Origin: Methanosuratincola petrocarbonis
GTDB taxonomy: Archaea > Thermoproteota > Methanomethylicia > Methanomethylicales > Methanomethylicaceae
Assembly: GCA_030522375.1 (NCBI GenBank)
Contig: CP130488.1
Coordinates: forward strand, 1,408,569 to 1,472,568
Reading direction: 5' to 3'
Length of the DNA: 64,000 nt
The notes below the pieces were generated by a model, which was given only the letters and a program-made list of their open reading frames with translations, was not told the origin of the DNA and did not search any database. Shown here piece by piece: positions 1 to 11,976 of this stretch; the stretch's first letter is position 1; each line of letters starts with the position of its first letter. The position numbers and the translations under genes are program-made.

Positions 1-2080
<2,080 letters not shown>

Positions 2081-2298
2081 GGACTACTAGACCTGGGTGA
2101 AACTGGAAAACTGGAACCTGTGTGTGGTGATCCGATATTTTCCCATCTTATTTTTGTTTAGCTGGCAAAGCTAAGCTGCAATGCAACTAGCCAGCGCCTA
2201 ACAGAAAAAAAGCTGCTTGCTTTAGAAAGCGAGCCCGCAGTTTATATTAAAACTCGCCCTAAACTATAGCAGCATGAATTAAGCGGGAGTTTGGATCT

Positions 2299-3825
2299 AT
2301 GGAAAAAGACACATTGGAAGATTATGAGAGGCTTCTTTTGAAGTACAGGGACCTCGCCGTTCTGGGTTCTGCGAAAGGGGTTCTCCAATGGGACACGGAG
2401 ACGATGATGCCCCCGGGCGCTTTCGAACTGCGCGGACAGCAGTTGGCGCTGCTTTCTAAGATAGAGCACAGCATGATCACAGACAGGGAGATAGGCGAAC
2501 TGCTGGAGAGAATAGAGAGAGGCCAAGGGTACGAATCCCTAAACCAGGTCCAGAAGCGGAATGTGTACCTGATAAGGAAGCAATATGACGAAAACACAAG
2601 GCTGCCAGAGGAGCTGGTAACGGAGACAGAGAGGCAGGCCATAGCCTGCTACAAGCAGTGGAGGGACGCGAAGGCCGCCAAGGACTTTAAGATCTTTGAG
2701 CCGGAGCTCAGGAAGATGTTTGAGCTGAAAAAGCGGGCCGCAGAGATACTCTCGGAAGTGAAGGGCGTCAAGACCCTTTATGATGCGCTTGTTGACTTCT
2801 TCGAGCCCAAAGTCTCGGAGGGTGCGATCGGAAACACTTTCGACCAGCTGAAAAGCAGGCTGATACCGATAATATCCAAGTATTCGTCCTGCCAGCCCAA
2901 CACGGATTGGTTAAAGCGGGTTGTGCCGCATAACGTGCAGGTCGAGATAGCGAAGAGGGTGGCGGAATTCATAAATTACGACATAGGCGGAGACGGCGCC
3001 AGGGGGAGGATCGACCCTACCGAACACCCATTCACAATCGGGTATTACGACGACGTCAGGATAACGACCCACTATTATGAGGACAACTTCACGTCCTCCA
3101 TTTTCTCGGTGCTCCACGAAGGGGGGCATGCGCTGTATGAGCTGAACCTGGATCCGAGCTGGAAGTACCAGCCCGTCGGCACGGCCTGCTCGTTCGGCTT
3201 TCATGAATCCCAGTCAAGGTTTGTCGAGAACGTGGTAGGGAGATCCAAGCACTTCTGGACGTATTTCCTCCCAATACTCAACAAGTTGACTTCGGGGCAG
3301 TTTTCAGATATCGACACAGCGAAGGCGCTAGAAGCTGTAAACAGCGTCAAGCCATCAAAGATCCGGATAGAGGCTGACGAAGCCACCTATGCGCTCCACA
3401 TAATAATAAGGTTCGAGATCGAGAGCGCCCTGTTCTCAGGAAAAGTGGACGTTAAAGAGCTCCCGCAAGTATGGAACGAAAAATACTCGAAATACCTGGG
3501 CGTAGAGATCCAAAATGACGCAGAGGGGGTCCTCCAGGATGTCCATTGGGCCCACGGATACTTCGGGTACTTCCCATCGTATGCCTTAGGCAACATCTAC
3601 TGCGCCCAGATACTCAACAAACTCGAGGAAGAGGTCAAGGACTGCTGGTCAGAGGTAGAGAGGGGGAACTTCGAGCCAACAAGGCAATGGTTGACCAGGA
3701 ACGTCCACAGGGCAGGCAACCTCTACGACCCCATGGACCTCCTGGTGAAGGTAACAGGCGAAGGGATAAACCCGAACCATTTCGCAGATTACCTCGAAGG
3801 CAAATACAGAAGCATTTACGGTTGA
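2299..3825 (+). CDS. M32 carboxypeptidase (Taq-type metallocarboxypeptidase)
   Basis: 508 aa with HEGGHALYE (HExxH), GYYDDVRITT, HESQS and IRIEADE motifs typical of the M32 family. Confidence 0.8.
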   Translation: MEKDTLEDYERLLLKYRDLAVLGSAKGVLQWDTETMMPPGAFELRGQQLALLSKIEHSMITDREIGELLERIERGQGYESLNQVQKRNVYLIRKQYDENTRLPEELVTETERQAIACYKQWRDAKAAKDFKIFEPELRKMFELKKRAAEILSEVKGVKTLYDALVDFFEPKVSEGAIGNTFDQLKSRLIPIISKYSSCQPNTDWLKRVVPHNVQVEIAKRVAEFINYDIGGDGARGRIDPTEHPFTIGYYDDVRITTHYYEDNFTSSIFSVLHEGGHALYELNLDPSWKYQPVGTACSFGFHESQSRFVENVVGRSKHFWTYFLPILNKLTSGQFSDIDTAKALEAVNSVKPSKIRIEADEATYALHIIIRFEIESALFSGKVDVKELPQVWNEKYSKYLGVEIQNDAEGVLQDVHWAHGYFGYFPSYALGNIYCAQILNKLEEEVKDCWSEVERGNFEPTRQWLTRNVHRAGNLYDPMDLLVKVTGEGINPNHFADYLEGKYRSIYG

Positions 3826-3883
3826 GCGGGCTTTCAATCCCTAAAAACAATTTTTTTAATTTTTGTTCAAGCAGGCCTGATTT

Positions 3884-4729
3884 TCAGCTCGACCCGCTTT
3901 TGTTGGAAAGTGCCTTTTCCAAAATCAGAAATGCATCCTCCAAGCTGGTTGGGATCTCGTCGACCAAACCCCTTTCCTTCAGCCTCATTAAGAGGCGCGA
4001 GATCGCAGGAGGCTCCAATGAAGCCTTGTCCAGGAGCTGCTCGTTTGTTATTATCGACTTGACGGGGCCCTCAGATATCACCTTCCCACTTTCCATTATC
4101 AAGACCCTTTCCACAAGCTCTGGGAGTGCCTCGACATCGTGTGTGGAGACAATGAGGGTCATCCCCTGCTTGTTCAGGAGGCTAACGAGTTGGACAAGCC
4201 CTCTCCTCGACTTTAGGTCGAGATTTGCAGTCGGCTCGTCGAGTATGAGCACCTCGGGGGAGTTGACCAGCACAGTCGCTACGGAGACGCGCTTCTTCTC
4301 GCCGTAGCTGAGGCGGTAGGGAGATCGATCCTTCAGGTGGGAAATCCCGAGCATCTCGAGGGTTTCCACAGAACGCCTGTCGGCGGACGCTCTGTCGAGC
4401 CCAAGATTCCTGAGCGAATATGAAACATCCTCTATCACCGTATTGTTGAACAGCTGATCTTCAGGATCCTGGAAAACTATGCCGATCTTCGATCTCAGGC
4501 GCTCGAACTCCTTTGATCTCGTCGAGACCCCGAACACCCTCACGTCACCAGAAGTCGGCAGAAATAGCCCTGCGAGTAGCATCGCGAGTGTGGACTTGCC
4601 TGCACCATTAGGGCCAAGGATTCCGATGCGCTCCCCCTTCCTGACTTTGAAGGAGACGCCCCTGACCGCCTCTAGGTTTGCAGAATACTTGTAGTTTACC
4701 CCTTCCACCTCGATGATAGCTTCTTGCAA
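3884..4729 (-). CDS. cbiO: ECF transporter ATPase (cobalt/nickel CbiO/NikO-like)
   Basis: Walker A GPNGAGKST, ABC signature LSYGEKKRV and Walker B LILDEPT. Last gene of a cbiMNQO operon on the minus strand. Confidence 0.8.
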   Translation of the reverse strand: MQEAIIEVEGVNYKYSANLEAVRGVSFKVRKGERIGILGPNGAGKSTLAMLLAGLFLPTSGDVRVFGVSTRSKEFERLRSKIGIVFQDPEDQLFNNTVIEDVSYSLRNLGLDRASADRRSVETLEMLGISHLKDRSPYRLSYGEKKRVSVATVLVNSPEVLILDEPTANLDLKSRRGLVQLVSLLNKQGMTLIVSTHDVEALPELVERVLIMESGKVISEGPVKSIITNEQLLDKASLEPPAISRLLMRLKERGLVDEIPTSLEDAFLILEKALSNKSGSS

Positions 4730-4732
4730 GCG

Positions 4733-5554
4733 CTACACCTGCATGCTGAGGATTATCAACAGAAAAGATGACAACAGAGCTAAAAAAGATATGTCTGAAG
4801 GGGTTGGACGCCACCTGTACGGTCGCGCAGTCGATGCGATCGAGAAGCCCCTGGCGCGCATTGCAAGATAGACCCGATCGGAACGTTCATGAATCCTAAC
4901 CAGCAGGGCGGCTATGACCCCGGAGAGCCCTCTAAGATCCTCCAAGCTAAGCCGATTCCGCTTCCTGAAAGTCCTGGCTTCCCTGGCAAGAAGCATTCGC
5001 ATGGATTCGTTTATGGAGAGGAAGACGTAGCGGTATGTGAGCGCCAGCGTCTGCGTAAAAAAGCCAGGGAGCCTGATAGCCCCCAAAAACGAGAGCAGCC
5101 CGTTTATGCCGCCGACCATGGTGATCAGAACCGCCACGCCCACGCACAACCACACCCTCATCACGAACTCAGCGACCCGCAGCATCCCCTCGTAACTAAC
5201 AGCCAAGAGCAAAGGCCCTATGCTCGCAGACCAGAGGGGCACCCCCGGCGTGATGAACGGGATCGGGATGGCGATCACCAACGAGAACAGGGGTATAACC
5301 GAAGTCTTTAGGACGTAGCTCCTGATCGCGATCCCCGAGATAACGACTAATGCTGCCAGCAGCAGGAGCATTAAAGACAGAGCAATGAACGAGTGCGTGA
5401 ATAGTGAGGCGAAGATAATCGAGACGAGCGAAATGTTCCTTATCAGCGGATCGATCCTGTTGAGGATCCCGGGATGCGAGACGCTCTCCTCGACATAGAG
5501 CAGAGACTCCAGCCCGGAAAGCAGCCCCCTCACGGAGATCGGAGCATACTTCAA
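4733..5554 (-). CDS. cbiQ: ECF transporter T component (CbiQ-like)
   Basis: 273 aa polytopic membrane protein between cbiN and cbiO. Stop/start tightly coupled to both neighbours. Confidence 0.7.
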   Translation of the reverse strand: MKYAPISVRGLLSGLESLLYVEESVSHPGILNRIDPLIRNISLVSIIFASLFTHSFIALSLMLLLLAALVVISGIAIRSYVLKTSVIPLFSLVIAIPIPFITPGVPLWSASIGPLLLAVSYEGMLRVAEFVMRVWLCVGVAVLITMVGGINGLLSFLGAIRLPGFFTQTLALTYRYVFLSINESMRMLLAREARTFRKRNRLSLEDLRGLSGVIAALLVRIHERSDRVYLAMRARGFSIASTARPYRWRPTPSDISFLALLSSFLLIILSMQV

Positions 5555-5895
5555 GACGAGGATACTCCCTTTAATTTATGCGATGATGACAGCAGCTTGC
5601 CTATTGCGAATGTTGCGACCAAGACTATCAGGACGGAGAACACTCCGAGCAAGTAGTTCACCAATGGGTCCTCGAACCCCGGCATAGTGTACTCGGGGAA
5701 TGGCGCAGGGAGCAACGAGAAACCTTCGAACCCCAGCTCCTCTGCCTTGACGTCGAGGGTCTCAATCGACTCGGAGAACACAAAAGTGCCCAGCGCCACC
5801 AGGACTGCTGCCAGAATGACCCCTGCCAACAGCACTTTTTTGTTGGAATGGTCGTTCCTGCTCATTCCCGGCTTTTCAACAGAATCCTCACTCAT
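5551..5895 (-). CDS. cbiN: Small membrane component CbiN/NikN-like
   Basis: 114 aa with two TM segments, overlapping cbiM and cbiQ by 4 nt each. The position matches cbiN. Confidence 0.55.
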   Translation of the reverse strand: MSEDSVEKPGMSRNDHSNKKVLLAGVILAAVLVALGTFVFSESIETLDVKAEELGFEGFSLLPAPFPEYTMPGFEDPLVNYLLGVFSVLIVLVATFAIGKLLSSSHKLKGVSSS

Positions 5896-6571
5896 TCATT
5901 ACACCACCTGGAGAAGGCATCAGAACCGAAAGACCTCTGTTGAGATTCAGTATGGAGGGCCTGATCTTTACCGTGCTGTAGACGACAGCCAGGGTTACGA
6001 AACCTTCCGCGAGACCGATCACCGAGTGGTGGATCCCCATGGCAGGGACCGCGATTGACACACCATACTGGAAAATCGGGGCGGAAAGGCCCAGCTCAAG
6101 CCCTGCAGCTACAGCGCCCAGCACGTCCCCAAGGAATGCTCCGAGGAATATCCCGACACCAATCGCGCCTCGCCCTCCTTTTTTGGAGATGAGAGAGTAT
6201 ACGGCATAGGGGACCATCACCCCGATTATAGCCATGTTCAGTATGTTCGCCCCCAGGGCAGTGACTCCGCCGTCTGCGAACAGGAAACACTGGAGCACGA
6301 GGATGATTGTCATCGAAATGCTGCCGAGCCACGGACCCAGGAGGATGCCCAGGGCGGGTGCGCCCAGCAGGTGTGCAGTAGTCCCGCCTATTATGGGGTA
6401 GTTGATCATCTGGACAGCGAAAAAGAGCGCCGTCAGGAGCGCCATTAGCGGGATGAGGCGCTCGTCCACACTGCCCTTGACCCTCCTGAAAGAGACCGCC
6501 AAGGCGGAAAGGGCGAGGATGTACGTAACCGCTATTATCGGCAAAGAGAGGAACCCATCAGGTATGTGCAT
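5888..6571 (-). CDS. cbiM: ECF substrate-capture component CbiM/NikM
   Basis: Begins MHIPDGF, the characteristic CbiM N-terminus. 227 aa polytopic membrane protein. Confidence 0.8.
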   Translation of the reverse strand: MHIPDGFLSLPIIAVTYILALSALAVSFRRVKGSVDERLIPLMALLTALFFAVQMINYPIIGGTTAHLLGAPALGILLGPWLGSISMTIILVLQCFLFADGGVTALGANILNMAIIGVMVPYAVYSLISKKGGRGAIGVGIFLGAFLGDVLGAVAAGLELGLSAPIFQYGVSIAVPAMGIHHSVIGLAEGFVTLAVVYSTVKIRPSILNLNRGLSVLMPSPGGVMNE

Positions 6572-6690
6572 AACAATCGTGTTATTTTTGTTAAAAAAGG
6601 TAATACTTAAGGATTTTGTTACATATGGAACTACAACGGAGGCTGCATGGATGAATAAGGAAAGGATTTATCATAGGCTGCGCAAGCTTA

Positions 6691-6996
6691 ACGGGGCGAG
6701 TTGGCGGGCGACCGACGGGCCCTTCGGGGCCTGAGGAAACTCCACCCTCCATGTGGAACCGCGATGCCGCGAGGCATAGGGGGAGACCCCTGCTCTTGGA
6801 TCAGAAACGGTACGCCCGGAAGCGGATGCCAATGACGTGGCTCTAGCCATCGAGAATGCTTCCGGTCACGTTGAAACGGCCAATCCGCGGGGAGCAAGGG
6901 CAAATAGAGGTCCATGAGGTCCACGCGAGACCCGGGTAGCCTGCATAGTCGAATGTCGCCTAAAACAGAAGGTGGGTTACGGCCAACACGCCCCAA
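6691..6996 (+). ncRNA. rnpB: RNase P RNA (archaeal type)
   Basis: About 305 nt GC-rich region with no credible ORF. A terminal P1 helix pairs GGGGCGAGUUGGC (6693-6705) with GCCAACACGCCCC (6982-6994). A P4-like pairing joins GAGGAAACUCCACCCUCC with ACAGAAGGUGGGUUA and covaries relative to the bacterial GUCCGGG/CCCGGC while keeping the AGGAAA and ACAGAA hallmarks. Confidence 0.55.
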
Positions 6997-7156
6997 CTTG
7001 GGGTCCTTTTTCTTTGGATTCAACCAGGATGCATTTTTCCTTTCGGCAATTTGTCATTTTTGCTCCAATGGGACAACAATCAGCAAAGACGGATAATATT
7101 CATAAAAACTATTTTAAGACATAAGATGAAAAATAAAAACGAGTTGATGTAGAAAA

Positions 7157-7369
7157 ATGAAGTTCAATAAGGTGCTTATAGGAGAGACTATTCTCTTATT
7201 CTCCTCGATTTTGATTTTCCGAAGCGTCTGGACTATGCTCGACAATTACTTAGGCGAAAGCTACCTTTTGGAGAGCCTTGCAATCGGCATGTTATTTACG
7301 GCATTCGCTCTATACATACTCAACCGTGAGGCTGAATGCAAGATGAATGAGCTTAAAAACCAACGATAA
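7157..7369 (+). CDS. Small membrane protein (70 aa)
   Basis: Two predicted TM helices. No recognisable family. Confidence 0.3.
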   Translation: MKFNKVLIGETILLFSSILIFRSVWTMLDNYLGESYLLESLAIGMLFTAFALYILNREAECKMNELKNQR

Positions 7370-7440
7370 AAGTTTTTTAAAAACAAAAGGCGCCAAGCAG
7401 ATACTAAAGCATATTAAAAGGGCAGATTTTTAACCCCCTT

Positions 7441-8127
7441 ATGGAAGCGAGATCGATCCCAATCGTCGGTCTAATGGCAGCCGTATATGCCGTAGTCACG
7501 CTCCTGCCAGGATTTCCGGTCATCGGCGCGCCAGGGTCTGAGATAGATCTAGCAAGGAGCCTGGAGCCCATATACGGCATCATGATGGGCACATACTTCG
7601 GTCCATTGGCTGCCTTCCTGGGGGCGATCCTGGGCAAGATAATAAGCGGGGAGAGCGGGAGCCTTCTTTTCACCCCCCTCGCGCTAGTATCGACATTGAG
7701 CGCCGCACTCATCTACAGAGGCAGAATTGCGAGGGTCCCTGGCTGGGCTGTGTCTGGTCTGATTTTGACAGCCATGATTGCTATTTGGAGCACCACACAG
7801 CAAGCACAGAATGCGCCCTATTTTGCGGTACCGCACATCGCAGCGGCAGCAATGGCTTTCGGCCTCGGTGGCAGACTCCACAAATCACTGAAGAGCGGCA
7901 GGATGGGGATGGCTCTGGGGCTATTCCTTGTCAGCTTCATATCCACAATGACAGGAAACATGCTCGGGAATTTGATTTTTGTGGCGGTATATAGCCCAAG
8001 CCCGTATTTCTTCGTCCCAATGCTTGCCATAACATTGCCTGAAAGGCTGTCGATATCCCTGGCGTCGACAGCGATTGGAGTGCCGCTTATAATGGCGGTC
8101 AGAAAGCTAGCCAAGCCGAGCCCATAA
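7441..8127 (+). CDS. Polytopic membrane protein, ECF S-component-like
   Basis: 228 aa with about 6 TM helices, Gly/Ala-rich. Topology resembles BioY/ECF substrate-specific components. The function is inferred only. Confidence 0.45.
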   Translation: MEARSIPIVGLMAAVYAVVTLLPGFPVIGAPGSEIDLARSLEPIYGIMMGTYFGPLAAFLGAILGKIISGESGSLLFTPLALVSTLSAALIYRGRIARVPGWAVSGLILTAMIAIWSTTQQAQNAPYFAVPHIAAAAMAFGLGGRLHKSLKSGRMGMALGLFLVSFISTMTGNMLGNLIFVAVYSPSPYFFVPMLAITLPERLSISLASTAIGVPLIMAVRKLAKPSP

Positions 8128-8349
8128 AGGAAGGGAGCTCAGAGCTGCGGCTCATAGTCCTCTGGAGCTTCCCAAGCATGCTCCAGTCTTTTCGCTACAC
8201 TCTTAACTGCCTTAGAGCGCTTGGGGCTTCTTCTGATTCTGGGGATCCTTCTTTTAAGTACTAGAGCCATTTTAAGTCATATAATAGTTCGCTGTCGAAG
8301 TATTTAATGTTATTCCAAGGCATTAAACGAAATAAAAATCGACTATTGT

Positions 8350-8886
8350 CTAACTCCTCCTCTCAGGGCCGGCTATCCCATAGAGCGACAGGTACTCCTT
8401 CTCGATTTCCCTGATCTCTTTCTGGGACTTTGCTTTGGAGTATAGGGAAAGGGGCTCGGCATTCAGAGCAAGGAAGGTGGCACCCCACTTCACCTTTGAG
8501 AGCAGCAAAGAGGACTCTTCAGCGAAGCCCAATATGTACAGGGCCCCGGCCAGAGCCTCAAGGGTACTCAGCCGGTAAGGGACAGAGTAGTTAACAGGGT
8601 TGGCTGCCAGCAGAAACGGGAGCTTTCTTGGTGCTAGGCTACGCGGGATCCTTTCGGACTGGAACTGGTTCCAAGAGCAGTCTATCGCTGCGAGAGCCCC
8701 CCTGGAGGCGATTTCCTTGTCTTCCGGTGAGAGGACATCCTCACAGAACGGGTACAGCAAAAGACTAGCCCGGGGTATCTCGCGGATGCTGTAAACGATC
8801 TCAGCGAGGCGGAACTTCCCCAGTTTGAGCGCTGTGCACTTTTTCACATCGCACTCGCGTTTATGGTAAATGTATATCCTTGGCAA
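8350..8886 (-). CDS. tsr3: 16S rRNA aminocarboxypropyltransferase Tsr3 (DUF367)
   Basis: HKRECDVKKCTALKL motif and a length of 178 aa fit archaeal Tsr3. Confidence 0.7.
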   Translation of the reverse strand: MPRIYIYHKRECDVKKCTALKLGKFRLAEIVYSIREIPRASLLLYPFCEDVLSPEDKEIASRGALAAIDCSWNQFQSERIPRSLAPRKLPFLLAANPVNYSVPYRLSTLEALAGALYILGFAEESSLLLSKVKWGATFLALNAEPLSLYSKAKSQKEIREIEKEYLSLYGIAGPERRS

Positions 8887-8953
8887 GAACCGCGCCCCGA
8901 ATCAGGATTTAAAATACTTAAGCGGCATATAACATTGATTTGACTGTGGGAAA

Positions 8954-9190
8954 ATGATTGCTTTCATAATGATAAACACTTCTGCCGGGGCGGAGGAGGA
9001 AGTCTTCGACCAGCTCCAAAAAATGGAGGGCGTTCTGGAAGCCCACCTGGTGTACGGCGTCTACGACATAATAGTCAAGGCGGAAATCGAAGAGGCAAAG
9101 GACAAAGAGAAAGAGGGCATCGTCGAAAGGATCCGCCAGCTTAAAAAAGTGCAGTCCACAATGACTCTAGTCGTCTTAAAAAGCCATTGA
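8954..9190 (+). CDS. Stand-alone Lrp/AsnC-type ligand-binding (RAM) domain protein
   Basis: 78 aa with a beta-alpha-beta-beta-alpha-beta pattern like AsnC C-terminal domains (VYGVYDIIVKAE). Confidence 0.45.
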   Translation: MIAFIMINTSAGAEEEVFDQLQKMEGVLEAHLVYGVYDIIVKAEIEEAKDKEKEGIVERIRQLKKVQSTMTLVVLKSH

Positions 9191-9203
9191 AAGGTAGCGC
9201 GAT

Positions 9204-10535
9204 ATGCCGACATACCACCTGGGCATCGACGACACCGATTCCCTCAAGAGGGGTTGCACGACCTATGTCGGCGCCCTACTCGTGGAGAGGCTGCTCCCGC
9301 AAGCTGCATTCATTGATTTCCCCAACCTCATCCGGCTGAACCCAAACATCCCATGGAAGTCGAGGGGGAACGCGGCGATCTGCCTGAGGATCTCGACCCA
9401 AAGGGACTGCGATTATCTTCTTGAGCTGGCGGAGGAGGTCGTCGAGGAGAACAGGGATCGGCAGGACGAAAAGAACCAGCCAGGCATCGCTCTCCTCCAG
9501 GGCGAAGTGCCCGACAGGCTGAAACTATTCGGGAGGAGGGCGCTGTATGACGTCCTTTCCGTCGAGGATGCCATTAGCCTGGCGCGCGAGCTGGGCGTGA
9601 AGTACAAGACGATTAAAGGCGGTAGGGGGCTGGTCGGGGCACTTGCAGCGATAGGAAACACGCTCGAGGGCGACCACACATATGAATTGATAGTCTACAG
9701 GAAAAAAGAGACTTGGGACCGGATGAGGCAGGTCGACCGAGAAAGCGTAGTGGAGATGGACAAGGAGACGTCCCCCTACACCTTCAACAACCTAGATTAC
9801 GAGACGGGCAGAGTCCTGATCACGCCCCACGGATCCGACCCGATACTCTTCGGGGTGAGGGGGGAGAGCCCCGGCGTGCTCAGGCAAGCCCTGAAAGTCC
9901 TGAGGTTCTCAGGCGGGGATAGATGGATCATCTACCGCTCCAACCAAGGGACAGATGCCCACCTGATAAACAACGCAGCAGTGGCTGGGCTGAGGCCGTA
10001 CCAAGCCGCAGTGATAGAGGGGGAGCTGACGGTCGCCCCCAAAGTAATCCGCGGCGGGCACACGATAGCAGAGCTCGGCGACGCGACGGGCAGAATCGAC
10101 ATTGTGGCTTACGAAAAGTCCGGGGGGATCCAGAGGGTCTTGAGGGGGCTCCTTCCAGGGGACCGCGTACGAGCGTACGGCGGGGTGAGCCCCCAAGAGG
10201 AGAGGTCGCCAAAGCTGACGCTCAACCTGGAAAAACTCGAGGTACTGGAGCTGGTAAAGACCGCAGCCAGGAACCCGCTTTGCGAAAAATGCAAGGTCAG
10301 GATGAAAGCCAAGGGGAGGAACAAGGGCTACAAATGCGAAAAATGCGGCCTGGAGGCGAAGGAGCCCGTCTTTGAGAGCCTGGACAGGAAGGCAAAAGAA
10401 GGCGTTTATCTGCCGCCCCCGAGGTCGGTCCGGCACCTCACGAAGCCACTGCAGAGGTACGGGATGGAAAAGAGCTGGTGCGGCGGCTCAGCAGATTCCT
10501 TTTTTGGCTTTATCGATCCCAAGGGCTCGCCTTAG
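9204..10535 (+). CDS. tiaS: tRNA(Ile2) 2-agmatinylcytidine synthetase TiaS
   Basis: N-terminus MPTYHLGIDDTDS...GCTTY...LIRLNPNIPWKSRGNAA matches the TiaS kinase-like domain. C-terminal zinc ribbon CEKCKV...CEKCG. Confidence 0.8.
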   Translation: MPTYHLGIDDTDSLKRGCTTYVGALLVERLLPQAAFIDFPNLIRLNPNIPWKSRGNAAICLRISTQRDCDYLLELAEEVVEENRDRQDEKNQPGIALLQGEVPDRLKLFGRRALYDVLSVEDAISLARELGVKYKTIKGGRGLVGALAAIGNTLEGDHTYELIVYRKKETWDRMRQVDRESVVEMDKETSPYTFNNLDYETGRVLITPHGSDPILFGVRGESPGVLRQALKVLRFSGGDRWIIYRSNQGTDAHLINNAAVAGLRPYQAAVIEGELTVAPKVIRGGHTIAELGDATGRIDIVAYEKSGGIQRVLRGLLPGDRVRAYGGVSPQEERSPKLTLNLEKLEVLELVKTAARNPLCEKCKVRMKAKGRNKGYKCEKCGLEAKEPVFESLDRKAKEGVYLPPPRSVRHLTKPLQRYGMEKSWCGGSADSFFGFIDPKGSP

Positions 10536-10766
10536 GAATCCGGGGTCGGAGCCTACGGGAGGCACGACCAGGTCAGTATGCCTGAGAGCCTCCACAGGGA
10601 TTCCCTTCGCTATGACAGAGGAGTGCAGTTCGGCCAGCTTTTCCTTGAATTCCTCATCCTTGCCCTCTTCCAAGAGCTGGAACAGATACTCCCCAGCCTG
10701 GATGATTTCTCTTTCCAGGGGGGCAGGGACGTCATACTTGCCCTTGCTCGAGAGGAGGACGATCAT
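10488..10766 (-). CDS. Hypothetical small protein
   Basis: ORF overlapping the TiaS 3' end. Start taken at internal Met (MIVLL). No family recognised. Confidence 0.25.
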   Translation of the reverse strand: MIVLLSSKGKYDVPAPLEREIIQAGEYLFQLLEEGKDEEFKEKLAELHSSVIAKGIPVEALRHTDLVVPPVGSDPGFLRRALGIDKAKKGIC

Positions 10767-10816
10767 TCTCCGCACGGGAGTAAATGAAGCGCCCAAGCTT
10801 ATAGGAATTTCTTAAT

Positions 10817-10912
10817 TGGTAGCGGGGGGTGGATTTGAACCACCGATCTCGGGGTTTCTCAACCGACGGGGCTTATGAGCCCCGCGGGATAACCTGGCTA
10901 CCCCACCCCGCT
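10817..10912 (-). tRNA. Initiator tRNA-Met (anticodon CAU) with an 18-nt anticodon-loop intron
   Basis: Reverse complement reads AGCGGGGTGGGGTAGCCAGGTTATCCCGCGGGGCTCATAA[intron]CCCCGAGATCGGTGGTTCAAATCCACCCCCCGCTACCA. It has an A1:U72 pair, a GGG:CCC anticodon stem and a CUCAUAA loop. The intron lies at canonical 37/38 (about 10856-10873). CCA is encoded. Confidence 0.75.
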
Positions 10913-11073
10913 ATTCCGGCATAAAAGTACCTTTTTCAGAAAAGAAAACAATGGGCTAAACTTATAAACTTTTCATAATCGCCAGGGAGCGGGAATTTGG
11001 GCTGACGGCTAGGAAGAATGGGGACGGGCACCAAAGCTTTAGTGCGGGACAGAGGGACATATTACTGGTCAAA

Positions 11074-11403
11074 ATGCGCGCGCTCGAACACGTCAGAAAG
11101 GAAGGCAAGCTGATCCCCCTGGAAAAAGGAGGGGAGAGGTTCTTCCTGAAGGTATTCGAACGGGATTCGGGTTTCTCGGCTGACCTATGGGTATTCGACA
11201 CATACCCTGGCGAGGAGTTCAGGGGGATCCCGGTCAGGCTAGACCATCTGGGCGCCGCGGCACCGTCCTTTGATGAGCTGATCGCAGTTTACAAGCGAAT
11301 GGGGTTCAAGGTGCTTCACCCATACCACAAGAGCCCGAAGTGGTTCGAGGACAACGGGCTTGAGGAGAAGATCAACACGCTGTATCGCGGGATGCGGGAT
11401 TGA
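11074..11403 (+). CDS. Hypothetical protein (109 aa)
   Basis: Intact ORF with protein-like composition. No motif recognised. Confidence 0.4.
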   Translation: MRALEHVRKEGKLIPLEKGGERFFLKVFERDSGFSADLWVFDTYPGEEFRGIPVRLDHLGAAAPSFDELIAVYKRMGFKVLHPYHKSPKWFEDNGLEEKINTLYRGMRD

Positions 11404-11693
11404 AGAACCGCAGCAGGTCCAAGATCTCCGATTCCCCGGCTCCCAAGAGATCGGACAGGGCGCTGCCCAATTCTTCTAGCGCCTTCGCATCAATCTTCTC
11501 CAAGCGCACTAATAGGGAACTGATGCTGGCGAGAACCTCGACAGGGCTGGGGGGAGTTCTTTTGACCAAAGGAAGCTCCTCATTTTAACTCGGATTGTTC
11601 TGTTAATAAGCTTTAACAGCAAATGTGCTATTTTTGCACGGCGCAACCATCCGGGCGGCAGCTATTTTATAGAAGGCTGCGGATCCTACCAAT

Positions 11694-11960
11694 ATGAGAC
11701 TCGAACTCTTCACCAGCAAGACCTGCGCGAACTGCAAGGTGCTGAAGAAACACCTGAAGGAACTCCTAGGCGAACTCGGGGAGGACTATGACAGGGTCGT
11801 CTCAGAGAGGAGCATCGAGGACAGCGAGGTCATGGCTGAGCTGCTGATGCTCAACGTCGACTCGGTGCCGGTAATCCGGATCGGGGGAGAGCTCTTCGGG
11901 TGGGACAGGATAAGGGACAAGGCGAGCCTGAAGAAGATACTGACTGAACACAAAAAATGA
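11694..11960 (+). CDS. Glutaredoxin/NrdH-like thioredoxin-fold protein
   Basis: 88 aa with N-terminal CANC (CxxC) in a beta-alpha context, then VPVIRIGGELFGWD. Confidence 0.6.
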   Translation: MRLELFTSKTCANCKVLKKHLKELLGELGEDYDRVVSERSIEDSEVMAELLMLNVDSVPVIRIGGELFGWDRIRDKASLKKILTEHKK

Positions 11961-11976
11961 GTTGGTTGTTCCGCCA

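Noticed and set aside
6572-7150. Possible cobalamin or NiCo riboswitch in the leader of the minus-strand cbiMNQO operon
   Set aside because: No B12-box-like sequence (xAGYCMGgAGaCCkGCc) on the minus strand. The structured GC-rich RNA lies on the plus strand and fits RNase P RNA (P1 and P4 helices) better.
9909-10436. Long antisense or overlapping ORFs inside tiaS, the Type IIG RM gene (e.g. 17593-18198, 18489-19139) and polD
   Set aside because: Typical spurious frames of GC-rich coding DNA. They overlap well-supported genes and have Arg/Pro/Gly-rich compositions.
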